Origin: Phoronis australis
Lineage: Eukaryota; Animalia; Phoronida
DNA: 64,000 bases
Reading direction: 5' to 3'
Assembly (NCBI GenBank): GCA_002633005.1
Contig: NMRA01000329.1
Coordinates: 417,894-481,893 of the forward strand
Shown here: in pieces, positions 36,759-49,534 of the stretch
Layout: each line of letters begins with the position of its first letter
How positions within the stretch are numbered: the stretch's first letter is position 1
Translations under genes and position numbers: made by a program
The notes under the pieces: generated by a model
The model's database searches: none
What the model saw: only the letters and a program-made list of their open reading frames with translations
Told to the model about the DNA's origin: nothing

Positions 36759-38354
36759 GGTTAACGGAAACCCGTTTGAAAATGCAAAAGCTGTCATCAT
36801 ATAAACAGTCTCAACAGTTTTTACAAAAATATTACAAAAAATTTTCTCTAACTTTCATTTGAACCATTTTAAAGTTACTTTACTCACTGGACATATTTGA
36901 TTGGGCCAAAGTACTGATGATGCTCCACCTTAAAGAATACTGTCCTGGATAATTTCAAATCTTTTAAAATATGTCACCAGGACGTATGAAAGCACATTTT
37001 TCCAAGATCTGAGGCGATGACCCTAGAGTCGACCTCGTGGGATGGCAGTTAATAATGCTAACAAAATCCACAGTTAAAGTGTAGGGTAATTTTACCACCG
37101 ACAGTGAGTCCTTGTAAAATACTTTTTTCAAAAGTCTCACATCTGAAATACTTCACTATTTAACGCAACTTCTTCCTTGCCCAACGTTTCGCCCCCTTAG
37201 CTTCTACTGCCCCCCCCCCACCACCCTCACCACCCGCCTTATACTGTTATACTTGTGCTGTGTAAATAACCGCGGCACCCAGAAGCGATGTACGTTACCT
37301 ATGAATGGGGGTCAATTAGATGCTCACCGGCCTAAGGCCTTTTGTGATGATTTAGCTCCACATCGGGAACTCCATCGAAAGGAATCTGTGATGTGGTACG
37401 CATGCTGGGAGCCTAAGTCCATATTGGATTTGCACTCAGGGAACTTCGCACCAGGTACCTATGGTGGGAGTGGCCTAACTGTGTTTGTCTGCACTGCCTA
37501 TTGGTTGCATTCAATACAACAACAGGGGCGGGTTACCTTGACTCTCTTGTCACGTGACTTTCGTATTTCCCGCCAACGAGATTCAACTGAATATTGCTGT
37601 TGTGACAAGAGATACGTGCGATTACTACTGCTACATACGAAACCTCATTACTACTACGAGATCTATAAATACATTGTGTGGAGTGCCTGAACAATATTAT
37701 CTGTGGATCCATCACCCAGTAAGTACTCTGTTTTAATTGTAACGTGTTAAGTCGACGTTATGTTTTTTTTTTGAAAACGGTTAACAGGCAAACACTAAAA
37801 AGCATAACGATGCTGGCCTTAAGCTGGTCGGGTCGCAGCTTCTTGGAAAGGGTGTGTTTAGAGTGTGACCGTCCATTTAGATGACAAAAAAGTAAAAAGT
37901 TGGGCAAGGATGGAAAAGCTGAGCAAAAATACGAGTGAGAGTTTTGAAATGTGTGATCACATATGTGGACTCTTCAGGTGTTTGTGATAATTTTACCTTC
38001 CTCTTTAACTGCGGTTTTTCTTACCATTATAAAGTTTGTTGTTAACTCATTCGACAACAATTCAAGATCAGATTAGTTAATGTTTTTAAACCCCAAACGC
38101 TTTAGTCGCAATTCAACATTGACAGCTAATTGTTTGTAACGTTGTTAGTTATCGCTGTGTAGTTGAAACGGTACTTCTATTTCAAAATATTTGTTTGAGT
38201 TCCTGCAAATGTCAGTACCTTAAATTTTTGATACTGTGAATGATATCTTGGATTAACCAACTGCCGTAAAAACGTGCAAAATATTCTCATGAACTTTTAT
38301 CCTATTTAAACATAGTGTAATTACACTGTTCAATAACTAAAAGGTTACGTTACC
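36759..38354. mobile_element. Possible decayed Kolobok-like non-autonomous element
   Basis: TTAA|GGTTAACGGAAACC .. GGTTACGTTACC|TTGA; the terminal match is weak. Confidence 0.25.
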
Positions 38355-41300
38355 TTGAAGAAGGAGCTTTTGGGAAATTCGGAGAATTTTACTTACCTGA
38401 AATGTAGTTTCAATCCCCATTAATCGGTTTTTGTAAAAAAGATAAAGACACTTCAGTTAGGTCTGACCATATCGCCCAACATCATAGGGGTTCATCACAG
38501 TCAGGCAAACCGAGAACTAACAAAATGGTTTTCAAGTGTTTGTTTTTTGCCGCCATAATGGAAACAATCGTCGAAATTCCTTGAAAACCACTTCTATAAT
38601 ACCAATTGTTATCGCTCATGAGACATACAGCATTATAGAGGTTTAGTTTAGTCCTTTATGACTCTAAAGTGTAAACGAGACATGACGACTGGTGAACCTC
38701 GTTTATGCTAAAATAAGAATTTAATGCTCTCTAGTCCAAAATATATGAAAGATTAGGCAAAAATGTAAAAAGGCCACGCAGGACAAAATCTTGAACGGAC
38801 AAAAATGTTTAAATACATAACGTCACGACTATAACTTATCATTTTCAGTTGATCGTCTACCATTCGTGTATGAATTTGGGATGTTGTCCAGCGGCAAAAT
38901 CTCTATGATCATGGCGTGGAAATCATTAAAACCAATTATTATTTTCTTAGTTTCCTCTACCTAATGTTTCACTTTTTCGCTCCATCATTACACAGATTGC
39001 ATGCTGTTCGCAAAGGGCACAATATAAATCGCCTAGTAAAGAGCACAAATTGCAGATAAAACAGCCCACTCAAACGTTTAGTAATCACTGAACCTACTCG
39101 AATCTCTGAATCTTGCATTGCCCCCAACGACATCCCCGGACCCGCCGCTAGCGCAACTGAAAACTTCATGACCAGGCTATGGACTTCGATCGGCCTGAAA
39201 AATACGATTTTCATGATATAGACTGCTGGGCGCAGAGATCACCACACTTAAATTCATTACTGATTTGCTACTCACTGTACTAGAATTCTTTCCAGAAACC
39301 AGGCTATCGTTTTATTTGTGCCTATATATTAAGCTTTCGTAATAGAATGGTTCAGTAACGCTAGGGTCTCACTCTCGCTGGTTTCTTGCATATCCGCTAG
39401 GGGAAAGACACCAGTCATTTTTATACCATTTTTACATTGGAGGTTCTGATTGGCTTTTATATTTGTCAACAGATAGCGCTTTATACGTAAACAAAACCAG
39501 CATGACTGACGTAGGAAGTGTAAATCATGTGGAATGAAATGGTTCGTGATCTGTTAGTGTACAAACAATTCGGTGCTTAATAGGGATATGTTCGAGAAAT
39601 GTGACTTGAAAACTTGTGGTTGTGCCTTTTCGGTGAGCATTTTTCGTAGCCTGTTGGCATTGGGCCTACAGCTTAAGTGCCCTTTTCGGCTATCGCGATG
39701 TCAAGTCAGTCATAAACTGCCCAGGTCGCAGAACTGTCCTCGGTCTTTCTGACGTTATTGATACTGTGTAGAGAGAAAACGTGGTTTCAGTGCAAAGATT
39801 TCGAAAAGGCTAAAAACGTACACAGTCGGCCAATTCCTTTCGCATTTCACATGAAGATTTAGCTATCTGAAGGGTAAATTAGTAGTACTCGCATTTTTCA
39901 AAAATTCGTTTGAAACTGATTTCAAGGGAGATTACTGTCTGACGCAGTATTTGGTGGGAATAAAGTTTGATAGAAGATGTTATTTGGCATTCGTGAATGC
40001 ACATTATATAGACATCACTTTCATTATGGTGTCTTGTGAGAGAGACATTAAGAAGTTTACATAAAGTTCATGTATAGTAGTTGTTGTATATGTCTGGGAA
40101 AAGATATGAAAGCATTAATGTTTGCATGGAAATTAAACGATTTTAATTCACAGCATTACTGTGTTACATCTCCAAACAAAACAAGCATGTCATAATCAGT
40201 CCAGGCGCTGTGTAACTACGTGCCTGTAACCTCAACTATAGATAACTTTAAAGAAGCATTATATAGTTGCACCTCATTGTTGGGAAATGCATTGAAATTG
40301 TACCGCGTACTATAAGGTAACTTCAGTAGGTAAATTTTTGGGTAATTATTGAATACAAAAACTGTTTATGAATTTTGTCTTCATAGCATTTTGACAAAAT
40401 ACCAAATTTTAAACTGCTGGTCTAAAACATAATTATCGTCGCAGACTGCTACATGTATTTTCGGAGTTCTTTGATGAATTTTCATGAAATTTGACCGATC
40501 GGTGACAATTCTTGTAAAGATTAACATGTTCGCAGTAAAGTCGTTCATGATCAAATGTAAAAACTCTAAATTGTAAACCTAAATTCATCATATACATAAA
40601 CCAAGTGATGCAGAACAATACAAAGGTACAGCAACCCCTGACGAGCATTAAAGTGATTTATAGTTTTGAAAGCTCTGCAGGCGCTTGTGTTCATCCGACT
40701 CATGGTAAATCAGGACATGCTGGTCTCACTGGTACTTGATTCCTGCATTGGAGGTTAAGTTTTCATTTGCAACTCCAGCAAGGACTATTCTGTCACGGTT
40801 TGCAAACTTGTACTCAAATAGTAGAAAGAATTTCTATTTTGTATTTTGATAGTGACCTGTCACATTTTAGGATCTTAGAGGCTCTCGTCATCCTATTTGA
40901 AAAACCTAGTTTGAATTCTCAAGAGAAACCTAGTTTGAATAATTGAGAGACTTATCAGATATTGAAGTTATGATATGCCCAGTTTCTAATGTTGTAGCTT
41001 TATTTTCTTTTGCTGAACTTGTGTCTCTTCAAGTTTATTGTAAATAGTCTAATATTTACGATGCGCACTTGATTATAGTTTTTGTGTCTTTTACGCAATT
41101 AGTTTTCACAATGGACATTGTAGTCCTATGTACTGTAAGATACATTTGCTAGCATTTTTATTCCACGTCGTCATTTTACAAATGCTTGCATTTCGAAAGA
41201 TATGAAGAGAACTGTGTTCTTGTCATGTACCGTTACCCTGGAGTGTTAAAACCAAAAAATTTCCAACATCACTGTCTGATCTAGAATCAACTACACAAAC

Positions 41301-42299
41301 AAGCCTACTGTGTCGGTACACAATGCTGTGGTAGTAAGGGGTCAGTGTTTAGTCACAAAAAGTAATCAGCAGGTGAATTGCACAGGCTTGGGTTAATCAT
41401 TGAAACAAAAAGATGAAACAAATATTAAGGAATTAAACATTCAGTTTGAAGTCATATTGAAAACGTAATGAAAACTCAGTGGTGATAAGAATGTCATTTC
41501 AGTCATGTAACAGGAAACTCTAGGGGTGTGTGAATTTTATAAAATAACAATTTTGAATATGAAGTAAAATGTATTTATAAGGACTTGGTTGGCATTTTTG
41601 GCAGTGGAACGCTTGAGTTGAAAAGTATGAAATATTTCTTGTGAATTTATATAGGCCAAATGCCAATGATAATGATTTTTTCAAAATATTTTATGGCCCC
41701 GTCTGGCATTCACTGCTCCATCTCCAAACCCCTTTGACCTATGTTCAAGAAAGTTTGCACGTGTTCCATTCATGAATCAGACAGCTAGAGTGAACTTTCG
41801 GGTGGCAATTTTACATTTTTTACGTTTATCTCCACCTATCAACCAAACCATTCTAAAAATGATTGTGAAAATTGGCATATATATGTTCTCAGTGTGATGA
41901 GAATGGATGACTACTTTGACTACTGTGGCGCCTCCTATTGGCAGTATCTCCTAAAGCCATAGCAGGATCTTTATTAAATTTTGTACTAAGAGTAACCACA
42001 TGAAGTTGACAACAGATGGCGACTTTCAGTCGCATACGAAAAACGCTATGGCTCCTAGTGGCAATATCATTTTTTCCGTTTTCCTTTATTTCTCTCAAGT
42101 TCCTTGATTGGGCAACTGGCTTTTTATTAAAGAAACAATGGTATGTTCCTGTTTTCTGATGGATTCGATGTACTTTGTGCCATCTAGTGGCCATGTGTAA
42201 GATACAAATAAACACCCCTAAAAGCACACCGTTTGCTGTGCATTCGTGTGCACATTTCTTCACTCTGCGTTGCTCTTGTTATTATATTGTGACTGGAAT

Positions 42300-45200
42300 G
42301 TTGTTCAATTACAACAAAAAATCCTAATCTGAAATGGGGAATTGAGAATATTAAAAGCTCTTTTAATCTTGTGGACCCATTGAGAATAGTCCAAAAATGC
42401 TTTTCATTTTTTAAAAAAATTCCTTGCAAAATGAACATGGTAGATAGCGTAAACTCTTAGTCCAGGTTACAGAACGAAACACTCAAGTATTTGTTTTATA
42501 TTTTACTGTTAGTAGCAATTTTCAAAAACAGCGCAGTTTCTGACGACTTAATAATTCTCTGTTAGAAGATGATCATTATTTAACCAAAGTTAGAAATGTG
42601 ACTATCGATACTATTGAGGAGTATTCTGCTCAGCCATACAATAATGAACACTTTAATGAAGAATTAATGAAGGATTTTAACCCGATTGTTGATCATTTTT
42701 TATTTTTTGGTGTTCTTTTGAACAATATCAGGGCAATTACTATAACATTTTCTGTTGCAATGTAGAAGCAAAAACAAAAGCTTTAAGAGGATTGAATTAG
42801 GTTTTTCAAATATTGTTTACGAAGAGTTAATGCAGGAATGCAATGTCCATTTGTAAAAAAATGAGAAAATTATATAAAAGGCTTAGGATTGAAGAAGGTG
42901 ATAAGGCAACACAGTAGTTTTGTGGCTTAGAAAACCAAAACTTAGTTAAGATAACAATAACTAGGGTGGTAAAGCCCTCGGGTGATACTTTGACAAAACA
43001 AAAAGAAATTTTAAGTGAATTAAAATCTGTTTATGAAGAACTATATGCTTCTATAGACAGTGCACGTGGAACTGAGAATATCAGTGACACTGCAGAAACT
43101 CAACATATCCGAAAAAATTAGCGATATTGATCGAGCAAGAAATAAAATTGCATTAAAGAACATGAAAAACAAAAAGTCCAGGAATTGATGGTTTTGCTTT
43201 TGGAAGGAATTATCACCTTTCTTATTTAGATCTTTCAAGTATATAGTAGTGAAATGAATACTCTCCCCACTTCACAACTGCAACGAGTAATTCAAGTTCT
43301 GCAAAAATCGGGTAAGCCATGAGAATTTAAAAAAAATAAAATTTCGTCATCTTGTTTAGTACAAAGACTGAATAAAGTTCTTGAAAAATCGATTCACCCA
43401 GATCAGACAGGACTTTTATCTGGTCAATTTATTGGTGAAAACACTTTTCTGAACTCTTTATGACATTTTGTATAATACGCAATCAAGAGAACTTTTGGGT
43501 CGTGGAACAATATGAATTTTGGCAAAGCATTTGATACATTGTCCTGGAATTTTGTGTCTAATGTTCTTATGATGTTTGAGTTCGGAGATATTTTTGTGAA
43601 AGGATAAAATGTTATACAAAAACTTTGCGTCATGCAACATGACATTGCCTACCAGACTTTCTCAAAGTTAAACGAGGGTGCAAACAAGGGGAACCAATCT
43701 CGTGTTATTTGTTTGAGCTTTGCAATGAAATTTTGGACAACATGCTTAGAAATAATAATGAAGTAAAGGGAATTAATTGTGGTACTCGAGAGGTAACGAT
43801 ACTACAGTGTGACGATGATATGAGTGTCACAGGCGGCTTCTCATGAAGGCACTGGATCTTCCGTAGCAATTTGCTATTTCAGTCTTAAACTAAACATTTA
43901 AAACACTGAGCTGAATGGATTGGAAACAGGAAGCATGATACCCGATTTCGCAAAAACTATACATTGGTTAAAAACAGAATTTTCTAGTATTCAATTTAGT
44001 GTGAATCTAGACAAAGAGATTGGTTTGAGCTTACGGTAAAAACAAAATTCAAGTTTGTATCTTTGGAGTTCATTTTAGCATTTCCATGAAATTCGGTGAA
44101 TATGTTTCAAATAAGAACACAACAACGCCTTACCATTTTCGGACAGATGTGATGTTTTCTGTGCTACCTGGTGACCATTTTTTTACTTTTGCATTGGTTT
44201 TTTTTGGCGTCCGCCTCCCTATCTACCACACCGCTTAAAGCATCAGTATGACAATTTACAGACCAAAGGGCCATGAATGAGATTGACATTCAGACGGGTC
44301 CGATTATTTTGTCACCCCCTAGTTGCAATTTTTTTTTGCGTCTGCAGCTTAGTCTCCTTGACCCTTTGAAGGAGCTTTGTGAAATTTGAAAGATGTGTTC
44401 GTATGGAACGGATGACAAACAATAACGAGTGTCGAACTGACCCTAATTCCACTGTGCCCCCTAGTGACAAAATGTTCTTTTTACGTTCTTCTCAGTGTGT
44501 ATCTTCAGAGTTCATTAGTTTATATTTATGGAATTCGGCAAAACAAGTTTCTATCAAGGAGACGACAACGCGTTCCCATTTTCATACAGAATTGATGTTT
44601 TCTGGATCAGCTAGTGGACATTTAAAAAATTATGCTTTTGACCTCTGCCTCGGTCTGCCAAACCATTCAAAGGATCATTATGAAAACTGACAGTTGTGTT
44701 CCGGATGCAAAAACCCTGGCTGATTTTAATAACCGGATATTATTTGGGTGGCCTCTAGTGGCAATTTTATTTATTGTGACTACTTCTGTTTTTTGTACTT
44801 CAAATGTTAGACTCTCAGTGATGGTTTCAAATGTCAGAGTTTCAAACAGAATTTTAGTTACTAATAACTTTTTAATGGTAATTGATATTTCTCCAACTGA
44901 CCGATGTACCTTTTACAGCAATGAAACTGAAAGTTTAGAACATTTATTTTGGGATTGCAATTTTGTTCAGTCTTTTTGGGAAACAATAGGTGAATATTAT
45001 ATTAATGCAAAAATGTGCATATATCTTAAGATTTTCAAACATTTATATTTGGTAAAACCGTCAAAGGAAGTGAACGTACTGTTGAATCATATCATTCTTT
45101 GCAGCCAAAAACCACTGATGCATATTGTAGAAAACTGGAAGTAGAACCTCTATTTATAACACCTTTAAAATGAATTAGAAATTGATTTCACTACAAAGTT
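42300..45200 (+). mobile_element. Decayed L1/Tx1-clade non-LTR retrotransposon, copy A
   Basis: Broken ORF2 motifs in order: IEEGDKAT.FCGLENQN, MKNKKSPG, SIHPDQTGLLSGQFIGEN, FGKAFDTLSWNF, QGEPISCYLF, ILQCDDD (the YADD position), C-terminal RCTFYSNETESLEHLFWDC; many stops and frameshifts. Confidence 0.85.
44050..44815. repeat. Degenerate ~147-bp-period array with CTCF-like motifs, inserted in the LINE (copy A)
   Basis: Motif cores at 44168, 44319, 44461, 44611 and 44755. Confidence 0.6.
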
Positions 45201-45849
45201 CTTGATGGATGTTTATGAAATTAAACAAATAAGTTGCTGTACATATCATTGCCTGATATTCCAAAACACTCTCCCAAACTGGAAATTTTTTTACCACAGA
45301 TGTATGGGGCTCTGAGGTATTATGTAACAATTTCTTAAAATGTTACAACTGTTGCATTACAATTGCAACATTGCTAGGTCACTCCTAAAATGTAAGAAGT
45401 TGTTACATTTTATGTAATTGTTACATTTTATGTGGAATGTACATAAAGAAACATACAACTATTACACTTGATGAAACCAAAATCGTATCAAAGTAAATTA
45501 CCAAAATCAGAATAAATGGTATCTGACACGGCTGGGGTACTCGCAACAATTTTACGTGGTAATTTTTGCCAAAGAAATGCGATAAACATTAGTCAAAATA
45601 CAATGTTATTGTTTCTGTTGAGCTTAAAATCTGTGAAATGTGTTTACTGTAATACCGGATACAAAATTTATGACATGTGAGTATCAAAAGATTGCATGAA
45701 CGTTTCAACAATAATTGTTANCTTTGTGCCATCTAGTGGCCATGTGTAAGATACAAATAAACACCCCTAAAAGCACACCGTTTGCTGTGCATTCGTGGGC
45801 ACATTTCTTCACTCTGCGTTGCTCTTGTTATTATATTGTGACTGGAATG

Positions 45850-48800
45850 TTGTTCAATTACAACAAAAAATCCTAATCTGAAATGGGGAATTGAGAATAT
45901 TAAAAGCTCTTTTAATCTTGTGGACCCATTGAGAATAGTCCAAAAATGCTTTTCATTTTTTAAAAAAATTCCTTGCAAAATGAACATGGTAGATAGCGTA
46001 AACTCTTAGTCCAGGTTACAGAACGAAACACTCAAGTATTTGTTTTATATTTTACTGTTAGTAGCAATTTTCAAAAACAGCGCAGTTTCTGACGACTTAA
46101 TAATTCTCTGTTAGAAGATGATCATTATTTAACCAAAGTTAGAAATGTGACTATCGATACTATTGAGGAGTATTCTGCTCAGCCATACAATAATGAACAC
46201 TTTAATGAAGAATAATTGAAGGATTTTAACCCGATTGTTGATCATTTTTTATTTTTTTGGTGTTCTTTTGAACAATATCAGGGCAATTACTATAACATTA
46301 AATTTTCTGTTGCAATGTAGAAGCAAAAACAAAAGCTTTAAGAGGATTGAATTAGGTTTTTCAAATATTGTTTATGAAGAGTTAATGCAGGAATGCAATG
46401 TCCATTTGTAAAAAAATGAGAAAATTATATAAAAGGCTTAGGATTGAAGAAGGTGATAAGGCAACACAGTACTTTTGTGGCTTAGAAAACCAAAACTTAG
46501 TTAAGATAACAATAACTAGGGTGGTAAAGCCCTCGGGTGATACTTTGACAAAACAAAAAGAAATTTTAAGTGAATTAAAATCTGTTTATGAAGAACTATA
46601 TGCTTCTATAGACAGTGCACGTGCAACTGAGAATATCAGTGACACTGCAGAAACTCAAAATATCCCAAAAAATTAGCGATATTGATCGAGCAAGAAATAA
46701 AATTGCATTAAAGAACATGAAAAATAAAAAAGTCCAGGAATTAATGGTTTTGCTTTTGGAAGGAATTATCACCCTTCTTATTTAGATCTTTCAAGTATAT
46801 AGTAGTGAAATGAATACTCTCCCCACTTCACAACTGCAACGAGTAATTCAAGTTCTGCAAAAATCGCGTAAGCCATGAGAATTTAAAAAACAATAAAATT
46901 TTGTCATCTTGTTTAGTACAAAGACTGAATAAAGTTCTTGAAAAATCGATTCACCCAGATCAGACAGGACTTTTATCTGGTCAATTTATTGGTGAAAACA
47001 CTTTTCTGAACTCTTTATGACATTTTGTATAATACGTACTCAAGAGAACTTTTGGGTCGTGGAACAATATGAATTTTGGCAAAGCATTTGATACATTGTC
47101 CTGGAATTTTGTGTTTAATGTTCTTCAGATGTTTGAGTTCGGAGATATTTTTGTGAAAGGATAAAATGTTATACAAAAACTCACAACTTTGCGTCATGCA
47201 ACANTTTTGGGTCGTGGAACAATATGAATTTTGGCAAAGCATTTGATACATTGTCCTGGAATTTTGTGTTTAATGTTCTTAATATGTTTGAGTTCGGAGA
47301 TATTTTTGTGAAAGGATAAAATGTTATACAAAAACTTACAACTTTGCGTCATGCAACATGACATTGCCTGCCAGACTTTCTCAAAGTTAAACGAGGGTGC
47401 AAACAAGGGGAACCAATCTCGTGTTATTTGTTTGAGCTTTGCAATGAAATTTTGGACAACATGCTTAGAAATAATAATGAAGTAAAGGGAATTAATTGTG
47501 GTACTCGAGAAGTAACGATACTACAGTGTGACGATGATATGAGTGTCACAGGCGGCTTCTCAAGAAGGCACTGGATCTTCCGTAGCAATTTGCTATTTCG
47601 GTCTTAAACTAAACATTTAAAAAACTGAGCTGAATGGATTGGAAACAGGAAGCATGATACCCGATTTCGCAAAAACTATACATTGGTTAAAAACAGAATT
47701 TTCTAGTATTCAATTTAGTGTGAATCTAGACAAAGTGATTGGTTTGAGCTTACGGTAAATACAAAATTCAAAATGTCTTATGCTCTTGATCCAGAAGATA
47801 GCCCAGTGTTTTGGGGAAAAACCTTTATTATTGCCAAAGCTTACCCATCTTTTCCTTAAGTCTCCCATCACCGAAGGACGATTTTATTAAACAACTGCAG
47901 AAAATATTTTTTCAGTTTATTTGGAGTACAAAGAGATAGAATTTCTGTTAAGACAATGGTTCAGAATTATACAATTTGTGGTCTTAACATTATTCATTTA
48001 CTTTCTTTTAATAAAGCTTTTAAAAAGACTCGGCCTGGGCAGATATTTTGCTGAATTCGAGTCTAATTGACACTGAAAATGTGTTCAATGGCGGAAATTA
48101 CTTTTTTAAAATGTTAGCACAGTCCACGTTGGCTTTCAGACAAGTCTGACTACCATGTCACCCCCTAGTGTGATTTTTTGCACCTGCGGCTGAATTTCAA
48201 CCCTTAGGAAGAGATGCATTTTTCTGGAGCCGACGACATGGTAATTGTCGAACTGATCCAAATACCACTGTGCCCCCTTAGTGGGAAACTGTTTGTTTAC
48301 ATTTGCCTTAAGTTTGTATCTTTGGAGTTCATTTTAGCATTTCCATGAAATTCGGCGAATATGTTTCAAATAAGAACACAACGCCTTACCATTTTCGGAC
48401 AGATGTGATGTTCTCTGTGCTACCTGGTGTCCATTTTTTTACTTTTGCATTGGTTTTTTTGGCGTCCGCCTCCCTATCTACCATACCGCTTAAAGCATCA
48501 GTATGACAATTTACAGATGTGTTCCTGAACAAAGGGTCATGAATGAGATTGACTTTCAGACGGGTCCGATTATTTTGTCACCCCTTAGTTGCAATTTTGT
48601 TTTTTGCGTCTGAAACTTAGTCTCCTTGACCCTTTGAAAGAGCTTTGTGAAATTTGAAAGATGTGTTCGTATGGAACGGATGACAAACAATAATGAGTGT
48701 CGAACTGACCCTAATTCCACTGTGCCCCCTAGTGACAAAATGTTCTTTTTACGTTCTCCTCAGTGTGTATCTTCAGAGTTCATTAGTTTATATTTATGGA

Positions 48801-49380
48801 ATTCGGCAAACAAGTTTCTATTGAGGAGACGACAACGCGTTTCCATTTTCATACAGAATTGATGTTTTCTGGATTAGCTAGTGGGCATTTAAAAAATTAT
48901 GCTTCTGACCTCTGCCTCGGTCTGCCAAACCATTCAAAGGATCATTATGAAAACTGACAGTTGCGTTCCGGATGCAAAAACCCTGGCTGACTTTAATAAC
49001 CGGATATTATTTGGGTGGCCTCTAGTGGCAATTTTATTTATTGTGACTACTTCTGTTTTTTGTATTTCAAATGTTAGACTCTGATGGTTTCAAATGTCAG
49101 AGTTGCAAACAGAATCTTAGTTACTAATAACTTTTTAATGGTAATTGATACTTCTCCAACTGACCGATGTACCTTTTACAGGAATGAAACTGAAAGTTTA
49201 GAACATTTATTTTGGGATTGCAATTTTGTTCAGTGTATTTGGGAAACAATAGGTGAATACTATATTAATGCAAAAATGTGCATATATCTTAAGATTTTCA
49301 AACTTTTATATTTGGTAAAACCGTCAAAGGAAGTGAACGTACTGTTGAATCATATCATTCTTTGCAGCCAAAAAGCACTG
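45850..49380 (+). mobile_element. Decayed L1/Tx1-clade non-LTR retrotransposon, copy B
   Basis: Near-identical to copy A, with about 540 bp extra at 47772-48311; the duplicated segment is bounded by single Ns at 45721 and 49381. Confidence 0.8.
48143..49080. repeat. Same CTCF-like motif array, longer version (copy B, about 7 motifs)
   Basis: Two extra motifs near 48158 and 48270; possible short ends AGTCTGAC / GTTAGACT. Confidence 0.55.
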
Positions 49381-49534
49381 NCTCTTCATCTACTATTATC
49401 ACACAGTAGCATCCAAAGGAACCTAGAAAGAAAAAAGAAACAAAAATTATTAAAAAACAAATTTACAATTACCGTAACCGTCACGGTTACTGCTTGTGGC
49501 ACTTAACGGGACATTTAATAAAATTCTTGACATA

